Shown: positions 1 to 9,092 of the stretch, in pieces
How the letters are laid out: each line of letters begins with the position of its first letter
Numbering within the stretch: the stretch's first letter is position 1
IMG/VR virus record: IMGVR_UViG_2541047721_000002
Reading direction: 5' to 3' (one strand)
Source: a virus
Lineage: Duplodnaviria; Heunggongvirae; Uroviricota; Caudoviricetes
Length of the DNA stretch: 11,667 nt
Position numbers and translations under genes: made by a program
Notes under the pieces: model-generated
Databases searched by the model: none
What the model saw: only the letters and a program-made list of their open reading frames with translations
Told to the model about the DNA's origin: nothing

Positions 1-1293
<1,293 letters not shown>

Positions 1294-1315
1294 TACCCAA
1301 TTTTTCTGAATCTAA

Positions 1316-1335
1316 AAAGCGCCTGCGGGCGCTTT
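1316..1335 (+). terminator. short GC hairpin (AGCGCC-TGCG-GGCGCT) just after serS stop; weak or truncated T-tract
   Basis: Perfect 6-bp inverted repeat with 4-nt loop seen directly; followed by TTAAG rather than a U-run, so it may be a disrupted terminator or junction remnant. Confidence 0.3.
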
Positions 1336-1413
1336 AAGTAGAGGTTTAATCATTTGAAAATAAATGGATTTTATTTTTAAGTGTCCATATAACGTCCATC
1401 TTTGAATGCAAAA

Positions 1414-1448
1414 AGCCCACAGCTTCTATGCTGTGGGCTTTGTTTTTT
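1414..1448 (+). terminator. rho-independent terminator downstream of serS
   Basis: AGCCCACAG-cttctatg-CTGTGGGCT 9-bp stem followed by TTGTTTTTT; preceded by an A-run so it could act in both directions. Confidence 0.6.
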
Positions 1449-1469
1449 GGTGTCCTCATGAGTGAGGGA

Positions 1470-1504
1470 ATCAAAAAGAAAACCCGCAGTTTTTACGCTG
1501 CGGG
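1470..1504 (-). terminator. rho-independent terminator for the minus-strand hok-like transcript
   Basis: CCCGCAG / CTGCGGG 7-bp stem (1483-1489 and 1498-1504) with 8-nt loop; on the minus strand the stem is followed by TTTTCTTTTTGA (complement of 1465-1482). Confidence 0.55.
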
Positions 1505-1598
1505 CTTGTTGTTCACGTCAACTGGAAATAGGGTGCCTTTTCGACCTTTACCCTGGCAACCGATTGACGGGGAAGTTGCCTTCCCCGTCGCGGTTTCC

Positions 1599-1739
1599 TT
1601 ACTGCTTACACTGTAAGAACGCCGCAAACTCCGCTCCCCAGAAACTCATCCGTATTTCACACAGCGAACCGTGCAGCATCCAGATGATGAGGATTGCCGT
1701 CACGCAGAATGTGATGGCCGTAAGCGATTTTTGCGACAT
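1599..1739 (-). CDS. Hok/Gef-family type I toxin (small membrane-depolarising peptide), 46 aa
   Basis: Not in the ORF track (too short). Minus-strand ATG at 1739 preceded by AAGGAG RBS; translation MSQKSLTAITFCVTAILIIWMLHGSLCEIRMSFWGAEFAAFLQCKQ; TAA at 1601-1599. Single N-terminal hydrophobic helix plus the Hok-family C-terminal signature SLCE(I/L)R…(E)xAAF(L/M)AC, closest in my memory to HokA-type peptides. Overlapped by a longer out-of-frame upstream ORF (mok-like) and followed by a terminator. Confidence 0.7.
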   Translation of the reverse strand: MSQKSLTAITFCVTAILIIWMLHGSLCEIRMSFWGAEFAAFLQCKQ

Positions 1740-1842
1740 AGCGCTTGCTCCTTTTTCGGGGAGGCGCTAACCTATCACTTGCTGAGGGTAGATGGTTAGG
1801 GCCTCGGGTTAACGTTAAAGTTGACTCGGGGCCTTTCCACAT
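1657..1842 (-). CDS. mok-like overlapping reading frame (translational coupling ORF of a hok locus)
   Basis: 61-aa ORF starting at ATG 1842, overlapping the 5' part of the hok-like ORF in another frame, as in canonical hok/mok/sok loci. Its sequence has no recognisable domain; the call rests on arrangement only. Confidence 0.35.
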   Translation of the reverse strand: MWKGPESTLTLTRGPNHLPSASDRLAPPRKRSKRYVAKIAYGHHILRDGNPHHLDAARFAV

Positions 1843-1930
1843 CTGGCCTTCGGGTATTCCCTCCGACCATCAGCCGAAAGGCACCCGCGCGTAATCTATC
1901 GCTTTTTTGTTACTCCGGCAATTCTGCCTG

Positions 1931-2191
1931 TTAATTCTGAGATAAAGGCAAACTCATCTGATTGTTTCCCCTGTGTGAAGCTGGCAGCTCATGCCACGGG
2001 ATACCTTCTGAAGAGTGAACGCCGGAGGCGTGTTTTGATGTGAATTTATGGAAAGCTTCCAGTGTTGAGAAGCATACGCCGCATTCCAGATTGTTACACT
2101 GGTAATACTTTTGCCGCACGGTGTTTGAATCATTTTCCGGACGACTGGTGCGGATACGGGCAGATGCGCCACAAAGCGGACAACGGAACAT
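1931..2191 (-). CDS. ogr: Ogr/Delta-family zinc-finger late-gene transcriptional activator
   Basis: 86-aa ORF, ATG at 2191 with AAGGGAGG RBS 6 nt upstream; N-terminus MFRCPLCGASARIRTSR…YYQCNNLECGVCF has the C-x2-C…C-x4-C zinc-finger layout and closely resembles P2 Ogr / 186 B (MFHCPLC…ARTSR…HQCQN…C…F). Lies immediately downstream of D on the same strand, as in P2. Confidence 0.85.
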   Translation of the reverse strand: MFRCPLCGASARIRTSRPENDSNTVRQKYYQCNNLECGVCFSTLEAFHKFTSKHASGVHSSEGIPWHELPASHRGNNQMSLPLSQN

Positions 2192-2231
2192 AGCGACCTC
2201 CCTTAACGTGGTGCTGCCTATTCTAAGTTGC

Positions 2232-3341
2232 TCACTCTGTTTCCGCTATCCATTCCGGGATTTTTGCCTCAAGCTCAAGCTGCGTGGTAAAACCGCTGTT
2301 ATCAATGGTGTGCTCGGCTTTTGCAATGATCCAGTCCTGATTATCAATCTCGCTTTTAAATCCTGTTACCGTGCCATGCATTTCGGGGTAGAGTTCTGCA
2401 CGTCCACGCGCCAGCGTGATGGAGAATGATGCGGCTCCGCGTTGTAGTTGCTGCCACTTTGCCGCCGCTGCGCGTCTTGCTGCCTGCTCGTTCTGATAAG
2501 TCTTGCGTAACACAAACACATTGCCTTCCGCGCCTTCCATATAATCACCTTCGCGGCTGCTGCTTTTCTCCTTTTTGGGTTTTGGCGGTTTACGGCGTTT
2601 CACGCTGACTTTTTTCTTTTTCCCGTAATTAAGATCAAGCCAGTAAGCGCGTACCCCCGTATACGCTTCGCGGTCAGCAATGCGGAACTGATGGCGATCG
2701 CCGCTGCTGCGTGTGATGGCAAACGATGGCAACGGCTGGCCCTGTGCGTTCACGCCACCGCCGGGCATGATGAATAACAGATTACCGCTTTTTACCGTGG
2801 TGATTGCGCCCAGCATTTCCGCCATGCGCGTAAGGAAGGACATGTCGCTTTCTTCGGTCTGGTCGGCGTGGTCGATTTCGATATCCATCAGCATTTCGCT
2901 GATTTGCGGTTTCAGACCATACCGATGAGCGATGGCGGATACCACACGCTCAACGGTCACATCATGCCAGGACACCTCACGTTTAACGTTAAATTCATCC
3001 CGAAAATCTGCGCTTCTGGCTGAAACAGTCAGCCTGTCCGGCGGTCCTTCGTGAGCGATTTCATCAACAATGTAAGTGCCTTTTTCTGTCAGCGGTTCTC
3101 CTTTCCAGCCAATGAGAACCGTCAGGCGCGCGCCCCGTGGCGGTAGCTGCAACTGACCATCCGCATCATCCAGCGTGATGGTGAGCTGGTCCGCGTCAAA
3201 TCCCCGGTTGTCGGTCAGTGACAGGCTCATCAGGCGCTCTGCCACGCCTGACAGCGTTTTACCCTCCGCGAGAATATCAAAATCCGGCATTTTCACGGGG
3301 TCTGTGCCCTGACTGAGCAATTGCATGGTGGTATCGGTCAT
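2232..3341 (-). CDS. D: P2 gpD-like tail protein (tail-completion / late control D family)
   Basis: Minus-strand frame with stop at 2232. Motifs typical of P2 gpD are present (…SLSLTDNRGFDADQLTITLDDADG…, …SARSADFR…REVSWHD…, …AYTGV…, …REGDYMEGAEGNVF…, …QLQRG…FSI…GR…, …GFK…IDNQDW…NSGFTT.LELE…). I place the start at ATG 3341 (MTDTTMQLL…) because an AGGGAGG RBS lies 5-11 nt upstream; the ORF-track extension to 3473 has no RBS. Confidence 0.85.
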   Translation of the reverse strand: MTDTTMQLLSQGTDPVKMPDFDILAEGKTLSGVAERLMSLSLTDNRGFDADQLTITLDDADGQLQLPPRGARLTVLIGWKGEPLTEKGTYIVDEIAHEGPPDRLTVSARSADFRDEFNVKREVSWHDVTVERVVSAIAHRYGLKPQISEMLMDIEIDHADQTEESDMSFLTRMAEMLGAITTVKSGNLLFIMPGGGVNAQGQPLPSFAITRSSGDRHQFRIADREAYTGVRAYWLDLNYGKKKKVSVKRRKPPKPKKEKSSSREGDYMEGAEGNVFVLRKTYQNEQAARRAAAAKWQQLQRGAASFSITLARGRAELYPEMHGTVTGFKSEIDNQDWIIAKAEHTIDNSGFTTQLELEAKIPEWIAETE

Positions 3342-3498
3342 CTGTTCCCTCCCTGTGCGGCATAGTCGCATGTGCGTGCGGAGGGGGTTACTGCTTTTTG
3401 TTGTCGCCGGGTCGGGAGAACGGCGCAGGGGTGAGATTACGCGCGTGGTGGGTGATGATTGTTGCCGAATCATTTAACGGATACAAGGGGCTGAAGCT
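3342..3498. promoter_or_regulatory. divergent intergenic region between D (minus) and FI (plus); expected site of late promoter(s)
   Basis: 157-bp non-coding gap between two divergent start codons, each with a good RBS. I could not find a canonical Ogr-type TGT-N12-ACA element by eye, so promoter positions are unassigned. Confidence 0.4.
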
Positions 3499-4683
3499 AT
3501 GAGTGAAACTCGTTTTCATGGTGCCCGTGTTACGGAAAGTACCGACCTGGTAACAGCGATTAATGATGTTGATTCCAGCGTTATCGGTATCGTGGCAACG
3601 GCGGATGATGCGGACGCGAAGCTGTTCCCGCTGAACAAGCCCACACTGCTGACCCGCGTCAATGACGTGCTGGGAAAATGCGGGACAACGGGGACGCTTT
3701 ATCGTGCGCTTAAGGCCATCGCAGACCAGGTGAGCACAAAGGTGATCGTCGTTCGCGTGGCTGAACACAAAGAAGAAAACGGAAAGACGCAGGATCAACT
3801 GGTTATCGGTGGTTCTGAATCTGACGGCAGCTATACGGGGATGTATGCGCTGCTTGTTGCAGAGCAGGATGAAAGCATCGGATACCGTCCGCGTATTCTG
3901 GCCGCGCCGGAGCTGGACACGGAGGCGGTGACAAAATCCCTGTGCGTGATTGCGGGTAAACTGCGCGCGTTTGTGTATGCCACATGTCATGGTTGTAACA
4001 CGATGGCTGAGGCGATTACCTACCGCCAGAAATTCAACGAACGTGAGGTGATGCTCTTATGGCCTGACTTCATCGCCTACAACCCGAAAAGTGGCAAAAA
4101 CGAAACGTTCCCCGCGCCTGCTTATGCGTGCGGCCTTCGTGCGTACATTGACCATGAGCAGGGCTGGCACAAATCGCTGTCCAACGTTCCGGTTAAAAAT
4201 GTGCTGGGGATGTCGAGGCATGTGTTCTGGTCGTTACAGGCCGAAGACAGTGATGCCAACAGCCTCAACAACAAAGAAATCACGACCATTATTCGTCGTA
4301 ACGGGTTCCGCTTCTGGGGCAACCGCACACCGGAAACGAACGCCTACATCTTTGAGGTGTATACCCGAACCGCACAGGTGCTGGCTGATTCAATTGCGGA
4401 AGCGCAGTTTGAAACCATCGACAGTCCACTGACACCTGCGAACGTGAAGGATGTTATCAGCGCCATCAGAGCAAAACTGGATTCGCTGGTTACTGTCGGG
4501 AAACTGATTGGTGCGGAGTGCTGGTATGACGTGGTGGATAACAGCACCACGGGTTTACGTCAGGGGCGTGTGCGTATTCGCTACAAATATACGCCCGTTC
4601 CTCCGCTGGAAGACATGGAGCTTTACCAGTCGTTTACTGATGAATTCTTTGGTCCCGCATTTGCGGTGCTGGGAGGTGCCTGA
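3499..4683 (+). CDS. FI: contractile tail sheath protein (P2 gpFI family)
   Basis: 394-aa ORF, ATG at 3499 with AAGGGG RBS. Blocks co-linear with P2 FI: …DADA.LFPLNKP.L…, …GTLY.AL.AIADQ…, …KLRAFVYA…, …YRQ.F..RE.M..WPDF…, …DHEQGWHK.LSNV…, …IRR.GFRFWGNRT…, …Y.RTAQV.AD…, …I.Y.YTPVPPLE…. Confidence 0.93.
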   Translation: MSETRFHGARVTESTDLVTAINDVDSSVIGIVATADDADAKLFPLNKPTLLTRVNDVLGKCGTTGTLYRALKAIADQVSTKVIVVRVAEHKEENGKTQDQLVIGGSESDGSYTGMYALLVAEQDESIGYRPRILAAPELDTEAVTKSLCVIAGKLRAFVYATCHGCNTMAEAITYRQKFNEREVMLLWPDFIAYNPKSGKNETFPAPAYACGLRAYIDHEQGWHKSLSNVPVKNVLGMSRHVFWSLQAEDSDANSLNNKEITTIIRRNGFRFWGNRTPETNAYIFEVYTRTAQVLADSIAEAQFETIDSPLTPANVKDVISAIRAKLDSLVTVGKLIGAECWYDVVDNSTTGLRQGRVRIRYKYTPVPPLEDMELYQSFTDEFFGPAFAVLGGA

Positions 4684-5195
4684 TGGCTGTACCAAAACAT
4701 CTTCGCTTTTTTACGTTGTTTGTGGATGGTGAAAACGAAGTGGGTAAAGTGACATCCGTCACGCCACCCAAACTGACGCGCAAAACCGACAGCTATCGTG
4801 GTGGTGGCATGATGGGGGCGGTAAGTATTGATCTCGGTCTGGACGACTCCGCGCTTGATGCGAGTTTTGTCATGGGGGGAGCTGTTCGTGCGCTGTTCCT
4901 TAAATATGGCGGCACGATTGACGGCACGCTGCTGCGTTTTGCGGGTGAATACTACACCGATGCAGAAAGCGATCTGTATGAAATCGAGATGCGCGGGCGT
5001 GTGACGGAAATTGATATGGGGGAGGCCAAACAGGGCGAAGCCACATCACACACTTACGCTGTCAAAAACACCTACTACAAGCTGAGCGTTAACGATCGCC
5101 CGCTGTGGGAAATCGACCTGTTGAACCACATCTACCGGAAGGACGGCAAGGACATTGTGCCTGACCGCATTCGTTCCGCGCTTGGGCTTGGCTGA
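4683..5195 (+). CDS. FII: tail tube protein (P2 gpFII family)
   Basis: 170-aa ORF whose ATG (4683-4685) overlaps the FI stop TGA (4681-4683) in a TGATG arrangement; size and position immediately after the sheath gene match P2 FII. Confidence 0.88.
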   Translation: MAVPKHLRFFTLFVDGENEVGKVTSVTPPKLTRKTDSYRGGGMMGAVSIDLGLDDSALDASFVMGGAVRALFLKYGGTIDGTLLRFAGEYYTDAESDLYEIEMRGRVTEIDMGEAKQGEATSHTYAVKNTYYKLSVNDRPLWEIDLLNHIYRKDGKDIVPDRIRSALGLG

Positions 5196-5250
5196 TAAGT
5201 AATATGCAGGCGGCGCAGTGCGTCGCCTCTGACTGAAAAGGAGACAACTG

Positions 5251-5625
5251 ATGAAAGATATCGATACTGAAACCCGGAATAACACCGTAGCGGATGATGT
5301 GACGTCAGGTGAGGATATGGCTGTCGAACGTGGTGTAAAACTTTCCCGGCCAATTGAGCGTGGTGCCGAAAAAATCACATATGTGGAGATCACCGGGGCT
5401 ATTGAACAGGCTGGATCCCTGCGTGGTCTGTCTCTGTCTGATGTGCTGAATCTGAAAGCGGATACCATGTTCACGCTGTTGCCTCGCGTGACCTCGCCAC
5501 GACTGGATGAAGTGATGATTAAAAAAATGTCGTCACGCGATTTTATTCAGTTGTGCGCTGTGGCTGTAAATTTTATGAGCGAGCCAGACTCTGGCGCGAA
5601 GAGCGTGCAGGAGACGGCAGCGTAA
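5251..5625 (+). CDS. E: tail assembly chaperone E (P2 gpE; lambda gpG analogue)
   Basis: 124-aa ORF, ATG at 5251 preceded by AAAAGGAGA RBS; sits between the tube gene and the tape measure gene, with an overlapping -1 frame ORF running to 5789 as expected for E/E'. Confidence 0.75.
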   Translation: MKDIDTETRNNTVADDVTSGEDMAVERGVKLSRPIERGAEKITYVEITGAIEQAGSLRGLSLSDVLNLKADTMFTLLPRVTSPRLDEVMIKKMSSRDFIQLCAVAVNFMSEPDSGAKSVQETAA

Positions 5626-5789
5626 TCACCCTGGTGTGCTTTGAGCACATCGAAGATCTGGTGGCGGATATTGCCGCCATTTTTAACTGGTCGCCCGCCG
5701 AAATCTTCATGATGACGCCCGGCGAAGTGGTTAGCTGGCGCGAGCGGGCGGCACTTCGCAGCGGGAATGCAGACAATGAAGACTCTTGA
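5523..5789 (+). CDS. E: E' extension frame, expressed as an E+E' fusion by -1 programmed ribosomal frameshift (P2 gpE+E'; lambda gpGT analogue)
   Basis: The -1 frame relative to E is open from 5523 to TGA at 5787-5789 and overlaps the T start, as in P2. Candidate slippery sites in the overlap: A AAT TTT at 5568-5574 (fits X_XXY_YYZ in the E frame) and the A7 run at 5521-5527. The downstream E' part (SVITLVCFEHIEDLVADIAAIFNWSPAEIFMMTPGEVVSWRERAALRSG) looks protein-like. Confidence 0.6.
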   Translation, partial: KNVVTRFYSVVRCGCKFYERARLWREERAGDGSVITLVCFEHIEDLVADIAAIFNWSPAEIFMMTPGEVVSWRERAALRSGNADNEDS

Positions 5790-8583
5790 TATCCGGGTCG
5801 CTTTCAGCGCCGTTGACAGGCTGACCCGGCCTGCCGAAAACGCCCGCCGCCTGATGGGGCAGTTTGGTGACTCCATCCAGCGAACGCAGGGGGCGATCAA
5901 AAATCTCGAGCGTCAGGCGCGTTCATTTGAGCGCGCCCGTGACGCTGTCAGTAAAGCGGATGCGGGCATCGTGAAAGCACGACGCCAGCTTAACGCCCTT
6001 AATCAGTTACAACGCACGGGTACAGTGCTCAGCGAAAAACAACAAAAGCTGATGCAGCAGTTAAGCACCCGGCTTGAACGCCTGAATGAATCGCGCACAC
6101 GGGAAATTCAGAAAATGCGGGAACTTGGCGGAGAGCTGAAACGCCACGGCATTTCCCTGACAGGCAGCGATAACACCATCCAGCAGGCCATCAGACGCAC
6201 CGAACAGTACAACAACCAGCTTGAACGCGAACGGCAGGCGCTTGCGCGTGTAACGCGGGCGCGTGAGCGGTATTCGCGCGCGCAGGAAACCGCGGGAAAA
6301 CTGAAAACAGGTGGTGCGCTGGCAATTGGTGCTGCAGCGGCTGGCGGCTATGCTGCCGGGCGTTTTTTGCAGCCTGCGATCGGGTTCGGCAAAGAGATGT
6401 CCCGCGTTCAGGCACTGACGCGAATCGACAAAAACAGCCCGCAGTTTAAGGCGCTGCGTGAGCAGGCGTTAAAACTTGGTTCTGAAACACAGTTTACTGC
6501 GAGTGATGCCGCCAGTGGGCAGAGCTTTCTGGCAATGGCTGGTTTTACTCCGCAGGCCATTCAGGCCGCATTGCCCGGTGTTCTTAATATGGCGCTGGCA
6601 GGTGGCGTCGAACTCGGCGAGACGGCTGATATAGGCTCCAATATCCTCACACAGTTCAACCTGACAGCCGATCAAATGGACCGGGTTGGCGATACGCTGA
6701 CAGCAGCATTCACCCGGACCAATACTGATTTACGCGCGCTGGGCGAAACCATGAAGTATACCGGTCCGGTTGCCGCAAAACTTGGTATCAGTCTTGAAGA
6801 AGCGGCGGCCATGGCCGGGATGCTTGCCAATAATGGTCTTCGCGGAAGCGATGCTGGTACGGCCATGCGCGCAAGTCTGTCCCGCCTTGCATCACCGCCA
6901 AAAGCTGCGGCTGATGCACTGAAAGAGCTGGGGGTGTCAGTTGCTGACGCCAGAGGCAAAATGCGCCCGATGGAGGATGTGCTGCTTGATCTCTATAAGG
7001 CGACACAAAAATACGGACAGGTGGACCAGGTTTCCTTCTTCAAGGACATCGCCGGAGAAGAGGCGTTCGTTGGTTTACAGACGCTTGTTGCGGCGGCTGG
7101 TTCAGGAGAGCTGCAAAAACTGACCAGAGAATTGCAGGGGGCAAGGGGAGAGGCCGATCGCGTTGCAAAAGTAATGGCCGATAATCTTGATGGGGACCTG
7201 AAAAATCTCGACAGCGCATGGGAAGGTCTTCGTATTCGCATCAGTGATCTGGTTGACGGTCCGCTGCGTTCTGTCACGCAGTGGCTCACGCGGGTGCTTG
7301 AAAAAATCACCTCGCTGGCGCAGGCCCATCCGGTACTGACGCGCCAGCTACTGATAGCAGGCGGTGCGTTGCTGGCAATGACTGCAACGATTGGCTCGTT
7401 GTCGCTGGTTATTGGGGTGCTTTACGGAAAGCTGGCCACCCTGCGTCTTGGTTTTGACATTCTTACCCGGTCAATGAATGTCGTCCGGGTGTTGCCTGCG
7501 CTGTGGGGAATGCTGACGGGTTCTGTTTCTTTGCTGGGAGGCGCTATCGGGGCGCTGTTCAGTCCGGTTGGATTGATTGCTGCTGCGTTTGTGGCTGCGG
7601 CGGTTCTCATCTGGAAATACTGGGAACCCATTAAGGCGTTTTATGCCGGGGTGTTCAACGGGATTATGGAAAGGCTGACCCCGTTGCGCGAAACCTTTGA
7701 ACGGTTTGGTCCTGTTTTTGACGCAATCGGAAGCGGGATCAGCCAGGTGTTTAACTGGTTTAAATCGCTGCTGTCACCGATGGAGTCCAGCAAGGAAACG
7801 CTGGATAAATGTACCAGTGCTGGCGAGATATTCGGTAACGTTCTTGGTGGCGCGTTACAGCTTGTTCTGACGCCTGCAAAAATGTTGCTGGATACGCTGG
7901 CGTGGATACTTGAAAAACTCGGTGTTCTTCCGGATGAAGCGGAAAGGGCGAGAAAGAAAATCGAAGACGTACAGCGTGCGGCCATTCTTCAGGACAAGGT
8001 TACCTTGCTTCAGGGGGACCTGGCGAAAATCAATCCGCCGAAGCCTGTGGAAAATGGCAATGGCACCGGAGGTGATAACCCCAAAGACAATAAACCGCTC
8101 ACAGACAGCAATACCGGGACGCTGCGCAGACTCAGCAAAATTGCTGATAACACAGGTAAGCTGGTTGAGGAGACGAAAAAACGCATTGGCCCCGGCGATA
8201 TTGTCTTTAAAAACCTGCCCCGAGCACTTGCTGTTCGTGGGGAGTGGCAGGAGCGGAAGATTGCGCAGGTCAGTAAGCCTGCCCCCGCAATTAATATCAC
8301 ACCCGTGGTCCCGGCTCCGCTGCCTCCGGCGCTGGTCCCTGTTGTTGCGGCCAGCTCCCGCCCGGTGGCGGAGGCCATACGATCTCCAGTGGCATCAGTT
8401 CCTGTAACTTCCCGTAACCGGGAGCCTGTTGCCTCCGGATTTGGTGGTGAAATTCATGTTCATCTGCATAACGTTGTTACGCAGAATCCCCGCGAACTGG
8501 CGAAACTGGTCGGTGAAATGGTCAGGGCAGAAATGGAACGGCGTGCCCGTGCCGGGCGTGGCAGTTTTTACGATAAAGATTGA
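5767..8583 (+). CDS. T: tail tape measure protein (P2 gpT family)
   Basis: 938-aa ORF, the largest in the cluster, directly after E/E'. It has an N-terminal coiled-coil region rich in Q/R/E/L, a central hydrophobic segment (~7320-7640) and a Pro/Val/Ala-rich C-terminus. Start could be ATG 5767 or ATG 5776. Confidence 0.9.
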   Translation: MQTMKTLDIRVAFSAVDRLTRPAENARRLMGQFGDSIQRTQGAIKNLERQARSFERARDAVSKADAGIVKARRQLNALNQLQRTGTVLSEKQQKLMQQLSTRLERLNESRTREIQKMRELGGELKRHGISLTGSDNTIQQAIRRTEQYNNQLERERQALARVTRARERYSRAQETAGKLKTGGALAIGAAAAGGYAAGRFLQPAIGFGKEMSRVQALTRIDKNSPQFKALREQALKLGSETQFTASDAASGQSFLAMAGFTPQAIQAALPGVLNMALAGGVELGETADIGSNILTQFNLTADQMDRVGDTLTAAFTRTNTDLRALGETMKYTGPVAAKLGISLEEAAAMAGMLANNGLRGSDAGTAMRASLSRLASPPKAAADALKELGVSVADARGKMRPMEDVLLDLYKATQKYGQVDQVSFFKDIAGEEAFVGLQTLVAAAGSGELQKLTRELQGARGEADRVAKVMADNLDGDLKNLDSAWEGLRIRISDLVDGPLRSVTQWLTRVLEKITSLAQAHPVLTRQLLIAGGALLAMTATIGSLSLVIGVLYGKLATLRLGFDILTRSMNVVRVLPALWGMLTGSVSLLGGAIGALFSPVGLIAAAFVAAAVLIWKYWEPIKAFYAGVFNGIMERLTPLRETFERFGPVFDAIGSGISQVFNWFKSLLSPMESSKETLDKCTSAGEIFGNVLGGALQLVLTPAKMLLDTLAWILEKLGVLPDEAERARKKIEDVQRAAILQDKVTLLQGDLAKINPPKPVENGNGTGGDNPKDNKPLTDSNTGTLRRLSKIADNTGKLVEETKKRIGPGDIVFKNLPRALAVRGEWQERKIAQVSKPAPAINITPVVPAPLPPALVPVVAASSRPVAEAIRSPVASVPVTSRNREPVASGFGGEIHVHLHNVVTQNPRELAKLVGEMVRAEMERRARAGRGSFYDKD

Positions 8584-8589
8584 GGAGTC

Positions 8590-9084
8590 ATGGCCATGAT
8601 GATGATCTATGGCATGTTTGTTTTTGAGCTGCGCACATTGCCGCATCAGCAGTTACAGCAAAACAAAAGCTGGCGGCATGTGAAAAATGAACGCGTTAAT
8701 CGTTCAGCAAGCTGGCAGTATATCGGCGCAGGTGATGATCGCATCGTGCTTTCCGGCGTGCTTTATCCTGAAATTACAGGTGGCGAAGTGTCGCTTTCGT
8801 TGCTGACCACGCAGGCATATACAGGACGCCCCTGGCCTCTGATTGATGGTGTCGGGCAGATTTACGGCATGTATGTACTGACTGAAACGAATACGACCCG
8901 TTCCGAGTTTGATCGCTACGGTAAGGCGAAAAAGATAGAATTTTCACTGACTCTTGAACGCTGTGATGAGGATTTGCGGGAGCGCCTGCAATCCTCATCG
9001 TTCAGTGATATGCTGTCCGGCTTCAAAGATAAGGTCACATCATCCCTTAACAGCGCGGCCAGCTCCGTTAAAGGGCTGTTTTGA
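8590..9084 (+). CDS. U: tail protein U (P2 gpU family)
   Basis: 164-aa ORF, ATG at 8590 with GAGGAG RBS, immediately after T. N-terminus (M)MMIYGMFVFELRTLP… and overall size match P2 gpU. Confidence 0.88.
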   Translation: MAMMMIYGMFVFELRTLPHQQLQQNKSWRHVKNERVNRSASWQYIGAGDDRIVLSGVLYPEITGGEVSLSLLTTQAYTGRPWPLIDGVGQIYGMYVLTETNTTRSEFDRYGKAKKIEFSLTLERCDEDLRERLQSSSFSDMLSGFKDKVTSSLNSAASSVKGLF

Positions 9085-9092
9085 TTAACGCA

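Noticed and set aside
1462-1770. 102-aa plus-strand ORF across the hok-like locus
   Set aside because: Starts inside a terminator hairpin, has no RBS and a Cys/Arg-rich translation. The plus strand here more plausibly carries the antisense Sok-like RNA than a protein.
1954-2429. 72-aa minus and 102-aa plus ORFs overlapping ogr and the 3' end of D
   Set aside because: Alternative frames of real genes; the ogr frame is identified by its zinc-finger motif and RBS.
3388-3990. 200-aa minus-strand ORF overlapping the FI start region
   Set aside because: Antisense to the tail sheath gene and crossing the divergent promoter region; no homology signal, Cys/Arg/His-rich.
4091-5474. Several 68-142 aa ORFs on both strands within FI, FII and E
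   Set aside because: Overlap strongly supported tail genes in other frames; no RBS; low-complexity translations.
5547-5900. 117-aa and 67-aa minus-strand ORFs over the E'/T junction
   Set aside because: Antisense to the frameshift region and T start; the plus-strand frames are explained by E' and T.
6191-8407. Many 60-165 aa ORFs on both strands inside the tape measure gene
   Set aside because: Expected shadow ORFs in a long GC-rich gene; translations are Ala/Arg/Ser/Pro-rich.
8395-8998. 83-aa and 74-aa minus-strand ORFs over the T end and U
   Set aside because: Antisense overlaps of T and U; no start context.
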